Shown: positions 51,221 through 64,000, numbered from the stretch's first letter. The stretch is DNA of 64,000 bases from Lama guanicoe (GCA_013239625.1 MU056303.1:2853734-2917733); one strand, 5' to 3'. Program-made: numbers and translations. Notes: generated by a model not told the origin, from the sequence alone.

Positions 51221-51649
51221 GTTCGTGTCAAACCTGCCATCGTTGTTGAGTGAAGTTGTTTTGATTTCAGCACGAAGTTATTTTTTATCAGTAAAGTTGT
51301 CTTGATGTAAAAGGGAAATTGTCAGGGCAGGATACGGGCATCCACATCTGTGGTGGCCAATAAACTATAAATATCCAGAGTTTGCAATGATGATTTCTCG
51401 CTCGGTGGGCAAGGTGATTTCTTGCTGATGTAAATGGCTCTCCGAGGACCTTGGGGCAGTAGTTTCTGCTGGGAAATGTGGATCTTTGCTCTGCAGGGGT
51501 GAACACTGAGCGGGAGCCTTTGAAGGGGAGCATCTTGCCCCCCAATCCTGGTACCTTCGTTGCCTAGCAACGGGAGACTTGAGTTTCCGTGATGGCAGCT
51601 GGACGACAGCTCTGGGCTGGCTGCGCCATCTCTCCCGAGAACCAAGTGG

Positions 51650-51692
51650 TATAAAAGGTCCGCCGCAGCTAACTGCGGACGCTCTTCCTTTA
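51650..51692 (+). promoter_or_regulatory. Candidate TATA-containing core promoter
   Basis: TATAAAAG at 51650-51657; pyrimidine initiator-like CTCTTCCTTT 32 nt downstream (51682). Confidence 0.25.
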
Positions 51693-53958
51693 TCTGCCCT
51701 TGCCTGGAGCAATAGTGTAATTAATCTCTCACTGGTTTGGACTGTGTTATTTCTTTATGGGCTCATTAAGAGACATTATCCTGTATGCAAGTGGCTTGTG
51801 AAATTATTATAATCCCCGCAGTGAGCCCGTGTTAAATAAAAGATTGGCAAAGACAGTCTCAGTCTCTGAGTATAATTTGCTCCCAAACAACAAAGAAGCT
51901 TTAAGAATTTTGGTCAGACATTTTTGGCAGGAGTACCTTACACCTGATGTAGCCTAAGAAGTAAGGTTTTTTTGTTTTTGCCTTCCCTTCTCATTTTCTT
52001 TTTTTTTTTCCTTTTCTCTTTCTGTAGTAATAATAGAGACGTCATACAGAAATAAATAGATGTCTATTATCTACTCTCTGTGATCACTTCCTCTTTGACC
52101 ACTCTTTAACCTACTCCTCGTCTCAGTCCCCAGGCATTCTTTTTTCTCTTAAGTGAATTCCCTTTGGGAACTCATCCTTGTGTTAGGGTTAGGGTTTCCC
52201 TGGTCTTTTTAAGCACAACTAAAATCTCTCATATATGCCCTTGCAGTGGCGTCTATTATACTGCATTGTAAGTGCTGCTTCACTAGAGTCATCTTCATTG
52301 GCAAGGTTTCTTCCTGCCCTGAACAATATGAGTTTGTACTTTATAAGAACATAGGTTGTTTCCTTGAGTCCCACGAATATGACACAGCTCCCGGCACATG
52401 GGAAGCCTATGCTAAGTGCAGGGTGAGCACTGGGAGTTCAGTTGCCTTGCAAGTAAGGAGCAGAGCCTGATCCACAGGCAGAACTCCTGACACAAGCACT
52501 GAGTCTGCCTAGCTACTGAATGCCTGTCATTTTTTTTTTTTAGTTGACATACATGTACTGCGCGTTGTCTCTAAGAACAATTTAGAACTTTAGCTTTTTA
52601 AACGTACATAGTTATCAAAGGAATAAAGCCAACCATGAAAAAAAAAGAATCAACAGAATGCAGTAATCATAAAGGGCAGTCACACGCGCTCACACGGATT
52701 CCAGAAATCAGTCATCTAAGGTATAAGTAAGCAGTTCATTTGTGTCCTTTTTTTTTTTCCAGATTCCACATATAAGCGATTAAAGCTGTCATTCTTAAAG
52801 ACGTTGTAAATGTGCCAACTTGTCCTGATAGAAGCTCCGAACAAAATGTGTTTTCACTGCTTTGACTTCTGTGTGGCGCTGGTGCTCAGTGTGTGTGCTC
52901 CTGTTGAGAAGTCTCCTTAATTCATGCCAATTCTGTGCAAAGGAGTCTATATTAATTAAAAAAAAACCATAAAATACTTTGTTGGTAAAGGTCTTTGTGT
53001 AGCTGATTTTCACGACAAGGTAGGGCTGTCTTACGTTCTTTTTGGTAGTTTCTTCCTGAGGGCTTTTCTTCTCTAATAACTGACAGGAGCCCAGCAACTG
53101 GCAGACCGAAGGCCTAGCTAAATACGGGTCAACGTTGGCAAAGCACATGTTGGAAATCTACAAACGTTCATAGAATCAACATACATTTCGGGGTGCGGTA
53201 TTGTCTTTCTAGAAAAAATTGTGGCGTGCACCAGGACTTTCTCAGTCAGTTCAGATCTGTTCACTGCGTGCAGCATGGTGGGAACATAGCTTTTACTTTC
53301 AGGAGTGGAGTTGTATGGGTGAAGAATTGAAAACTTTTTTTTGGTTAATATTGTTTTTTTAATCCAAAGGCAGCTTTTCTCACTGCTTATAAACACGGTA
53401 TTAATCTTGTTTTTCTTAAGTTCATTTCCTAAATCATATTTTCTTCAAATATTATTCAGAATATCTAATATTATTATGAACATGGTTTCTCTAAGGCCTA
53501 AGTCAAAATGAGAAAACGAATTTCTAAATTTTTATTTTTAAGCAGAACTTTGTGGGATTTTAGCTGAATCATCTTAGTTAATAATCAAGTGTTTGCTTCT
53601 GGAAAGAAGAAACACGGAGGATAATCTAGGTGATTAATTTCAGGTAATTGAGGAAGCCAACTTTACTTACATGTTTTCTTGGTAGTGTTCTCTAGAGGAA
53701 AGCCCACTTTAATATTCATAAGTCTAATTCGTATTTGTTATTTATAGTAGAAGTGAAAAGTTGGTGCATTTTGTTTTTTTTCAGATTAACTCACTTAATT
53801 AGAAGAATAAAGCTTATTATATTTTTATTTGATGATTCTTATTCTTAAAAGGAGGATTCTAAACAATGATGATAAAATGACTCGTTTCATGGAGAGTTTT
53901 TTTTTAAAGGGGGCTTTTGTAGGGGAAGAAAAAAAAAATCACACACTTCCTTGTGTTC

Positions 53959-54106
53959 NNNNNNNNNNNNNNNNNNNNNNNNNNNNNNNNNNNNNNNNNN
54001 NNNNNNNNNNNNNNNNNNNNNNNNNNNNNNNNNNNNNNNNNNNNNNNNNNNNNNNNNNNNNNNNNNNNNNNNNNNNNNNNNNNNNNNNNNNNNNNNNNNN
54101 NNNNNN
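53959..54106. other. Assembly gap (N run)
   Basis: N bases. Confidence 1.
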
Positions 54107-56096
54107 AATTAACAATGTACCTCTAATGGGCAGTCTGCTGCTTGCATGACTCACTCATTCTTCACGAAGAATAAGTGATTTGTATTAGAAATGAGTTGTT
54201 AGGGATGTTTGGGGGGAAAACGATTGCTGTCATTGCCATGTTAAATCACAGGCTCAGCCTCTGGACAAAAAGAGACAGGCTTATCAGAGCCAGGAAAACA
54301 GCAGCCCCGGCCTTGTAGCTCTGACTCGAGGCCTTGTTTCAAAGCCATGACTCAGTGCAGCGCGGCCGGGCCGCTGGTCCTTCTGAGTCCCTTCCACCCC
54401 AGCCATTCAGCCTCTAATGTGCAGGTTGCGTGCCTCACGCCGATTATTTCTGTGAAGTCCTTCAGAGCCAGCCTCATTTTCTCGCCAGCATTCATCTTCA
54501 TTTCCAAGTGAATGGAGGGGGATGTGGGGGGGGTGGGACTGTCCACGGAGCGGGGCCAACAGTTCAATCCAAACAACAGCTGGAGAAACTGCTAGAAGAA
54601 TGTTAACTGAGACAGAGAGGCTTTTAGTATTTGAGTGCGGGGTGTCCGCACGTTGGCGGTGAGCGTGGCTGTGAGGCTGGTGCAGCTCGTCCTCAGGGCG
54701 AGAGTCAGAATGTCCGCAAGTGTCCACAGGGAGCCCCGAGTGGGAGCGTGATTACTGAGTGGACGTGGCTGTGCTGGTGTTCAGCCTTTCCCTTCTTACA
54801 ACTTCTTATGACGTCTTTTATTTATTCCATCCCTTCTTACGACTAAGCTATGAAGACTTATTTTTTGCTGCTTCTTTATTCAGCCACCCATAGTTAAATG
54901 TAAGTGGTTGATCAAGGAAGGAACCACGACCTAGAGACCCACATAAGTAAGATTCTGTGTCCATCCACAGCAGCACAAATGTGATAACAGAGCCACTGCC
55001 CATGAGCAACCACAGCAGGGGCTGGGGAGCAATGGAAAGACCTCAGCCCCTGGTATCAACACTGGGACTCAGGCTCAGTCTGTCATCACCAGGCTTAGCA
55101 ACGGGAAACCCACATTTTTATGTAAATTCAGTTGACACTGGGCAAGCCAACAGTTTGCAAACTCTTTCTGGCCCCTCGGCTGCCAATGTGGAACCTCTGA
55201 TGTGGACTTGAAAGTTCTGATGGCAACTGCTGTTTCACCTTAACTTACTGAGAAAAGTGAACTAGCTTGCTAAACACTTTAACGTTTGCAAATGTCAGTT
55301 TGAGGAAAACATTTTTCTTTTGAGTGACAGACATTGGGTAGATGTGGATACAAATATTCAAAAAGTCATGTGGAAAAGGCGATAGTTTTCTTAAAAGATA
55401 ATAATTTGTTGACACATAACTCCATTTTTTCTTACTTAAAATGTGAGAAGAAAGGTTTTTACTTAGACTTGGTATTATATTAAATTTCACCCCAAAACTA
55501 CACTTTTCTCATTCCTATATGATTTCTAATTATACATTTGGACTTAGTTGTGAAAAAGTTTCTAAAAATGCTAAAGCAAAATCTAGAACATTGCATTATA
55601 AGAATAAAAATATAATTAAATATAGTGTGTAAAAGTCCCACTAGTATGGCTATACAGTATTAAAAGAATCAAAGTATTACCTTATTATAAGTTATTTGGA
55701 AAAGTGAATAGCTAATGTTCTCCAGGGTATGAAACATGGAAAACAGAATAATATATATTACTTGGACTGAACAGTCAAGAAAAAGTTATTTTGATTAGAA
55801 ACTGAATTTGAATAATCGGATGTCTTCCAAATTTTTCAGAATGAGGAAAACTGAGTATCACAGTTGAAAATTATCTTATTCAAAAAAAATTTTCAGGCAT
55901 GGATGTAGGTGAGGTGATGGTACTATTATATGATGTGAGAGGCAAAATTATGAAGATGAAAAAAATTAAAATATGTCTTTAATATAGTACTCTAAGTAGA
56001 AGTGGACTATTTTCAAATACAAAAATAGTCAGTTATTTAGAAGAGTAATGTGCATTTGTTACCTTAAAATTAAAATTCCTATAAAATTAGGACATT

Positions 56097-56406
56097 ATGA
56101 ACTAATCTACAAAACAGAAACAGACTCGCAGATAAAGTAAACAATCTTATGGTTACCGGGGAAAGGGTGTGGGAAGGGATAAATTTGGGAGGATGAGAAT
56201 TACAAATGTTAGCCACTATTAAAAAAAAAGGTTAAAAACCCACATTTCTTCTGTATAGCAGTGTACTATGTTCAATATCTTGTAATAACTTTTAATGAAA
56301 AAAATATGAAAATGAATATATGCACGTATATGCATGACTGGGACAGTGTGCTGTCCACCAGACATTGACACATTGTAATTGACTGTGCTTCAATAATAAT
56401 AAAAAA
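56097..56406 (+). mobile_element. Young camelid-type L1 3' UTR, 5'-truncated
   Basis: atgaactaatctacaaaacagaaacagactcgcaga...cttatggttaccgggg...acattgtaattgactgtgcttcaataataataaaaaa. Confidence 0.9.
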
Positions 56407-57549
56407 GGCAACACAAAAGCCTTAAGTAAGATAGCATGATTAATATGCCACATCCAGATGTCAAATCTAATGCTTAGAAAATGTAGATTGCACTTGTTGA
56501 CATGTTAATGTAATTATGTCAAAATCGGTATAACATACTTAGACCAAACCTGATTGCTAATAGCCAAATTAGAAATATGTATTTATTTTCAAAATACATT
56601 GTAGACAAATATGTTTTTGATTTAAAAGATTTCTATAAAGTGATATTTAATAATGAACATAGGACATTCGTTCTCATGATCTCCAAATACAGACTCAGCT
56701 TACTGTATGGATACAAATGACACAGGGGAACTAGAAAGAGTGGCAAACAGAAGAAAATGCCTTAATCTATAACAGACGTTTAAATGCACCTTGGGATACA
56801 TTCATTAAGGACATACACAATTAATCCTTCAGAGACCGCAGCCCACATCACGCTTTCCTTACCTGTGCCCTGGTTTACACCTGCACGTTAGGGGCGCACC
56901 TGGCTGAAACGTGAGTGACTCCCAACACCAGCTTGTTAAAATCTTTTCCTATAAATTTTCCTCTTTAAAACGTAGCAAAATAAATTCCGAAACAAAGAAA
57001 TGCACCTACATAAACAAGGAGACCCCTGAAAACCCTAAGTAGCCACCGGACTGCAGCAGAAAGCACAGGTGGAGTGGGAGTTTAAAGGACCTCAGAGCGC
57101 TGTGAATAGTTTTCACGGCATCACAATTACAGAAACACCTGGTTCTGCACACGGGCTGGTCCACTGGGAAAATTTTCCACAGTGTTCAGTGAGCCTCAGA
57201 GTAGGTTTAATGCACAGAACACTCCACAGACGATTACGTAGATTTCAGCTACGGGCTGAAACGGAGTTAAAAATATCTGGGGTTGGGGACCCCTGGCCGA
57301 AGGCCTTCGTGGTAACCGTTGCTCTGTCCACAGCAAATAAGTCTTTACTATGCATTTTTACGGCACCTATGCAGCAAACCTTAAAATAGTCTAACTATTT
57401 TGAACTTGCCTGATTTGGAGAACATATTGGGATTTAAATCGACTGATTCTAATTTGATGTGAGGACCTAAGACATCATTAGGCAAAATAGCAAGCACTGT
57501 ACCTATGAAACAATAATTTCTTCTTCTCTTCCCAGCTGTGGCCTGCCAC

Positions 57550-58685
57550 CTATCCCCGGCCACCACTGTCACACTTTTTTGTCTTCATGATTTTGGTTAT
57601 TTTATGCATCTCACGTAAGTGGAATTATACAACACTTCCCTTTTTTGTGACTAGCTTATTCTGCTCAGCATAGCGTCCTCAAGATTCATTCATATTGTAG
57701 TCTATTGCAGAATTTCCTTCTCTTTTAAAGGCTGATTAATATTCCACAGTAGGTTTACACCACATTTTGTTTATCCATCCACCGTTGTTGGACACCTGAG
57801 TTGCCTCCACGTTTTAGCCACTGTGAAAATGCAACTATCTATGTGGGTCCACAAATGTCTCCTCGAGGCCCCGCTTTCAGTCCTTCTGGGTGTACACCCA
57901 GAAGAGAAATTGTTGAACCATAGTGTAATTCTATTTTTAAGTTTTTGCGAAATTGCCACACTGTTTTCCACAGTAGCTGTACCATTTTACATTCCTACCA
58001 ACAGTGTAAAAGGGTTCCAATTTCTCCATATTCTTGCCAACAATTGTTTTCTGATTTTTTGATAGCAGGCGTCCTAATAATGGGTGTGAGGTGACATTCA
58101 TTGCACTTTTGGTTTGCGTTTCCCTGACGCTGAGCACCTGTGTGTGTGCTTGTTGGCCATTCATATATCTTTTTCAGAGAAATGTCTAAATTCAAGTCCT
58201 TTGCCCATTTTTTAAGTTCGGTTGTTTGTTTTTTTGTTGTCAATTTTAGGAGTTCTTTACATATTCTGGATATTTATTCCTTTTCACATATATGATTTTC
58301 AGGTATTTTCTCCTGTTCTCTGCACTGCCTTTTGACTCTGTGGACAGTGTCTTTTGATGAACAAAAATTTTTACGAGATCAGATTTGTCTGTTTTTTCTT
58401 CCATCATCTATACCTTTGGTATCATAGCCAAGAAATCACTGGTGAATCCAACGTTGTGAAGCTTTCCCCTTATATTTTCTTCTAAGAGTTCTATTGTTTT
58501 AGATCTTCATTTAGGCCTTTGATCCACTTTGAGTTAATTTTTGTGTATGACGCTAGATGAGGGTCCAACTTCATTTCTTTTGCACGTAGAGATCCAGTTT
58601 TCCCAACACCATTTGTTGAAAGGACTGTCCTTTTCCCACTGAGTGGTCTTGGCACACTTACCTAAAGCCATTTGACCATATATGA
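57550..58685 (-). mobile_element. L1MB-type fragment (ORF2 3' part plus 3' UTR)
   Basis: Reverse translations [30 protein letters not shown] and [12 protein letters not shown] are L1 ORF2 C-terminal motifs with frameshifts. Confidence 0.93.
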
Positions 58686-59084
58686 CATGGAGATAATTTT
58701 AACAGTCACAAAAGCCCTTGAAGGACATTTATTTTATCTTATTCAATTACTTTTACATATGGGTAGTGGAAGAGTTTTAGTTCTCCATACTGCTTGAACC
58801 AGGAATTGAGAACCAATTTTCAAACTTTCTTTTTTGATAGGAAAAATCTTCCTAGATGTGAAATATTATTCAAAATTTACATTATATCAAATGGAAGAAA
58901 AGAGAGGGTGCTTAGGTCCAAGAGGATATAGAGAAGAACATCTCCCTTTTCACTCCCCTGTGTCCCCTGGGGTGGCTCAAAGGAGCATTGAGGGTTCAAG
59001 ACACACCCCTCCCAGCCCTCTCTGGTGGGATAAATTTATTTTCATAGCCTCTTGACACAAGCCTGGTGTCACAAAAAAAAAAAA

Positions 59085-59260
59085 AGGAATTTGAATCAGT
59101 TGACCTTGATTAAAGTTCCAGCTTCGCTGTTAGTTGGCAGGATGGCCTTGCGCAAACCACTCAGCATCTCTGGGACTCAGTTTCTGTGTTTTTAAAACCA
59201 GAGTCTTCCAGACTAAATGATCTCTACGCTGCTTTTGTGCTTGAAATATTCTAGGATTGT
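59085..59260 (+). mobile_element. MIR (MIR3/MIRc-like)
   Basis: ggccttgcgcaaaccactcagcatctctgggactcagtttc...gactaaatgatctcta...attctaggatt. Confidence 0.7.
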
Positions 59261-60317
59261 AACGCTCAACCCTAAGTCCCCCTAGCATGGTATTCCAGAG
59301 ATAACGAGGAATAAGAATGCCATTATAGAACTAAATTAATTGAACACAATTCTCTACTATTTATACTCTTGGGGTTATTTGGCAATTCACTCATTTTATG
59401 TAGCTGGCTCACAAGGTATATTTTAAAATATTTAAATTTGGACTTGGGCTGAACATTCAGAAACTAAATTCAACTTATAGCTATATGTGAATGTTTATAA
59501 CTAAAAATAGCTTAAATGATAAAACAAGTCTGCACACAGCCAATTTGAAGTCTAATGTAGGTGGAAAGGGAATAATTAGTACAGATAGGTTTTGAAAAGA
59601 TGTTTATAAATGAAATTCCTCATCAATCTTATTCTTCTTTCAGCCACAATTGGTCACAGCATTTAACATCTATGAAAAAGTCTTCAAAACATAAATTTCT
59701 TTTCAGTAACTATGACAACATTCAAAACAGAAAGAATTTTAAGAGGGCTCTATTTTTCTCCCTTTTTAAAAAACTTTTTGGCAGTAATCATTTCTGCTTC
59801 GGAAACAAATTTATCTAAATTTATTGCACTACTCTGCTTAGAGATTAGTACATACCACAGATTAGCTCTGTTTTAGCTTGAGGATACAGCTAACAGTGGT
59901 AGAAAGAGACCTGAAAGTGTTAGTGTGATTATGATGTTAAATTATATTTTACAGGCTTTAACTGAAAGTGTCAGGCACATTATTATATAGTTTTCTTTCC
60001 ATTACATTTTAAAGCTTTGTTTTAATGATCAAATACAGAATAGAGCATATCCTTTGGAAAATGGGTCACACTTGGGCTTGAAGTTGGTGACCTAATTGTA
60101 TTAAAAATTGAACTTGAAACATTTTAGTACAGTGGGTTATTTTAGGAAGGTGCATACTGAGAAAATGCATTTTTACCCCAAATTTTGGAAGTAATTTCTT
60201 ACCCTTTTTCTGTGATTTGATTTTCTAATTGAATTTAGGTTTGCACACTTGAATTATAGTGTTTCATCCCACACTGGACTTCTACTTGAAACCAGCTCAC
60301 TTAAGATGGTGTTTTAA

Positions 60318-61438
60318 AAGCAAGAGAAACAAAGAGCAAGGACGAAACTGCAAACTATGGAATAAAAGAGAAGATGTACAAACCGCCAATCTGATAAGGA
60401 GTTAAAATCCAAAAGATATAAGGAACTCAGACAACTCAATAGCAAAAAACCCAAACGCTCCAANNNNNNNNNNNNNNNNNNNNNNNNNNNNNNNNNNNNN
60501 NNNNNNNNNNNNNNNNNNNNNNNNNNNNNNNNNNNNNNNNNNNNNNNNNNNNNNNNNNNNNNNNNNNNNNNNNNNNNNNNNNNNNNNNNNNNNNNNNNNN
60601 NNNNNNNNNNNNNNNNNNTTAAAAAGTCACAAGATAACAAGTGGTGGCGAGGGTGTGGAGAGAAGGGAGCCCTCGTACGCTCTGGGTGGGACTGTAAATT
60701 GGTGCAGCCACTGTGGAAAACAGCAGGGAAGTTTCGCAAAAAGTTAAACATAGAACTAGCCTATGGTCCAGCAATTCCACTCCTGGGTATATATCCAAAG
60801 GAAATGAAGTCAGGATCTTGAAAAGGTATCTGTACCCCATGTTCACTGCAGCATTATACATTATAATCCAGAAATGGAAACAACCTTAAGTGTCTGTCTA
60901 TGAATGAATGGATAAAGAAGATGTGACACGCACACACGTTTTACCTACATATATACACACAGACATGAAAGAATAACACCCTGCCATTTGCAACAACGTG
61001 GAGGGAACGTGAAGGTGTTACACTAAGTGAAATAAGTCAGACAGAGAAAGACAAATACGGGATGACATCACTTGTACATAGAATCTAAAAAAGCTGAATT
61101 CATAAAAACAGAGAGTAGAATGGTGACTGCCAGGGCCTGGGGGATGGGGAAAACGGGGAGATGTTGGTCAAAGGATACAGATCTCCAGTTACAAGATAAA
61201 TAAGTCCTGGGGATGCAATGCACAGTTTGATGACTATAGTTAACAATGCTGAGTCATATTCTTGCAAGTTGCTGAGACAGTAGATTCACACACACACAAA
61301 GGTAACTATGTACGGTGAGGAAGGTGTTAGCTAACTCTATTGCGGTGATCATTTTCCAGTACGGAAGTGTAGCGAATCCCCATGTGGTTCACCTTAAACG
61401 TTATATGTCAACTGTACCTCAATAAAGCTCTAAAAAAA
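60318..61438 (+). mobile_element. L1MA-type 3' end spanning a gap
   Basis: atctgataaggagttaaaatccaaaagatataaggaactc; aaattggtgcagccactgtggaaaacag; aagtcagacagagaaagacaaatac; tatatgtcaactgtacctcaataaagc followed by an A tail. Confidence 0.93.
60464..60618. other. Assembly gap inside L1
   Basis: N bases. Confidence 1.
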
Positions 61439-62265
61439 GGGTTACTTGCTCACTTAGTTGAGAAAAAAAATGTTGTTTGGAATTCAATTAGAATTAGCAC
61501 TCTTACTTTTATATTTTATTAAATTGAAAGGGAAAATGACCTATGTTCACATGTAACAATTTAGGACAGTGGATAACACCTATTTTATAAGTTAGGAAAT
61601 AATGTCTGTATGTATTCACTGAACTCTTAGGGGAAACTGGGATACATAGATCCCTCCCTAGGAGTTAAAACCTTTCAGGCAGAAAGGATAAATAATTTTT
61701 CAAACAGCTCAGTTTCTTAAACCAAGAGAATTTTTAGTCAACAAGCAATAAGTCCTTGTCCCTTCTCCCCATTATTCTTAACAATGCATAGGATAAAAAC
61801 CACGTTTTGCTCATATTTTGTTACAAAAAATAAAAGTGATTGAATTAAAACTCTCATAACATTTCTTACCTAAGTGAGCAAATAGCTGTTTTATGTAATT
61901 CTTTGGAATACTCTAGTTTTTAAATAATTTTTGAAGGAAAAATAACAGAAAGACCTACGTGGCAATCTTCTTAACAGGTTCTGAATCACATTATAAAGAT
62001 AAGTTGCTTTTTGTTCATGGAATTTTCCAGTTCTTAGTGGCAGATCTGTCTTATCAGGCGGTATTAAGTAGTTATACTGAGATACACATCATGCTTCTGG
62101 TATTCAATGAAACTTAGACTCTTTAAAAATATCAGACAATTGAAAAAAAATTGTAGTTAAGCTGATTAAACATGTCACAAATCAGAAATGTTTTATGGGT
62201 TTCTTTAAAAGTTATTCTTTCAGCTGACAGCATTTTAATCGAAATGCCCAAGTGATTAAATTAAA

Positions 62266-62546
62266 TAAAAACAAAACTGTGGTTACCAGGGAGGAAGGTG
62301 GGGGGAGGGATAGATTAGAATTTTGGGATTAACAAATACACATTACTATATATAAAAGAGATAAACAACAAGGACTCATTGTACAGCACAGGGAACTATA
62401 TTCAATTTCTTGTGATGAGCTGTAATGGAAAATAATCTGAAAAAAAAATTATGTGTACGTATAACTGAATTGTTTTGCTATACATCTGAAACTAACATTG
62501 TAAATCAGTTACACTTCAATAAAAAATAAGAATTGAAGGTGGAAAA
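62266..62546 (+). mobile_element. 5'-truncated artiodactyl-type L1 3' UTR flanked by a ~59-bp direct repeat
   Basis: tggttaccaggg...gataaacaacaaggac...acagcacagggaactatattcaat...aacattgtaaatcagttacacttcaataaaaaa. Confidence 0.92.
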
Positions 62547-63294
62547 AAAAGTTATTCTTTCAGCTGACACCATTCTAGTGGAAATGCCCGAATGATTAAA
62601 TTAAACTGTTTCAGTGGTTGTCAAGGCATAAATAAATCTACAGAGACTCTCTTAAGTCAGCTTAGCTTATATGCATTCTTTCCTATTGTTACAGAACAGA
62701 ACTTTTTTTTCAGGGACAGAATTTTACGAGGAATTCTCAGTGGTGTTATTCATAATAAATACACTTTGCGTGCATGAATAATGTTTAGAATCTGTCAAAT
62801 ACTGCCAAGGCATTTTTAAACCTAACCTTCCCATAAGACCAAAGAGAGGCGCTTATATGAAAATGCAGGTTAAAGTTTTGGTCTGTCAAGTCACTTGGTT
62901 TTAAACATCCTTTTAACTGGAGGTGGGATGCAGATGTGGATGACTTCATCACAATGTGGCACGATGAATGCTTTTGATTGACTCTGGCTCGCGATGGGTT
63001 CATCTCACACCAGGGTTCACTCTGCAGGGAAGCATCTTACCCAGTGACCGACTACCCACGGCAGCTCTGGTTGGATGGGTGTTCCCACTTACCAGGGTTT
63101 GACCACAGAAAACAGCTCTTTCTGCAGGTTAAAAAATTGTGAAATGTCAGCAAATTCATTTTGGAAGTGGAACTTGTTTTTTTTTTCAAGACAAAAATAA
63201 ATCATTATAAAGGGGAGGGGGGACAGTGTTATTATAAACAAATACAATATAAATATAAACTCCGGCACTACTAACTAGCTGAAGGGTGGCTGTA

Positions 63295-63460
63295 ACCATG
63301 GTTACCGCTCATCGAAGAACTACTGCAGGTTAAACCCTAGGCAGATTACCTTACGTCCATCACTACATTTAATTCTTGTAATGATTTTGCAAGGGAAATT
63401 TTATTAGCTCCATGTTAAAAATGAGGCTGTTCAGCCCTAAAGAAATTCAATTACAGTTTT
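63295..63460 (-). mobile_element. MIR SINE (degraded)
   Basis: catttaattctt...ttattagctccatgttaaaaatgagg. Confidence 0.5.
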
Positions 63461-63469
63461 CATAAGCTT

Positions 63470-63755
63470 GAACAAGATGACCTGCTCAAAAGGAGACTGG
63501 GGAGAAAGGGGATGGGAGTGGAAAGACCAGGTCGGAGGCTATTGAGAATCATCCAGGTGGGAGGCCGTGGTGGCGCAGGTCAGGGTGGGAGCAGCAGAGG
63601 CGGTAACTGGTAGTCAGGCCGGATGGATGCGGCAGGGAGGACTAGCAGGGTTGACTGATGTCTTGGAGAGGGGAGTCCAGGCTAATTCCACGGCCTGGGC
63701 CCAAGTCACTGGGTTGCTCTGGACTGAGACGTGGAACACTGTGAGGAGGAGGTGT
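63470..63755 (-). mobile_element. L2 fragment
   Basis: agaccaggtcggaggctattgagaatcatccaggtgggagg...gtggtggc...gagtccaggctaattcc. Confidence 0.75.
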
Positions 63756-64000
63756 CACGGTGAGGGGGGGAGGCAGCACCATAAAAACATTTTTCATTTT
63801 AAAATTTAAACAAATCTAGCTGGCTTTCATTTTGGCATGAAAGTCTTACATTAATCTGCTGAGAATTTCTTTGGGGAGACAGATCTTCTCTTTAAGGCAA
63901 TGAGTAAGATTTTTATTCATCATAACTTAAAGGGACAATAAACCAAAGTCGGTCGTGATAAAGCACAAAATCTCTACCGTCAGTCTGTGTATACAACTGT

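Noticed and set aside
51619-51640. CTCF site (gcgccatct); also gggggcgct near 16000
   Set aside because: Only the 3' half of the core matches.
57069-57389. 106-aa plus-strand ORF
   Set aside because: GTG start, no recognisable homology or supporting exon chain.
57771-58243. Cluster of four ORFs
   Set aside because: Frameshifted L1 ORF2 remnants and their antisense.
1-64000. Naming the locus or host gene
   Set aside because: None of the translations I examined matched a protein I recognise; this needs a liftover or BLAST.

Overview
Mammalian non-coding-looking genomic DNA, very probably from a camelid (camel, alpaca or llama). Three Vic-1-type tRNA-derived SINEs and artiodactyl-type L1 3' ends are present, and I saw no ruminant or pig SINEs. 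It is a draft assembly with five N gaps. I recognise no known protein-coding gene, RNA gene, CRISPR array or intact element. The recognisable content is fossil repeats: L1 of several ages, L2, MIR, a CR1/L3 relic, three MLT1 LTRs, hAT MITEs (MER81, MER33/MER3, MER96B, MER5) and a ~1.5 kb decayed ERV-L pol fragment. Between them lie unique stretches rich in homeodomain and E-box motifs. The most interesting unexplained signal is a chain of minus-strand exon candidates (47020-46703, 40068-39826, 30453-30399, 25470-25376). They have AG/GT boundaries and mutually compatible phases, and join into a 236-aa ORF I cannot match to any protein. This is a hypothesis only, since pseudo-exons are common. 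Directly visible oddities include a ~59-bp target-site duplication around a short L1, a SINE that lost its B box by a microhomology deletion, and an LTR nested in a MIR. Repeat subfamily names come from my recall of consensus sequences, and repeat boundaries are approximate.
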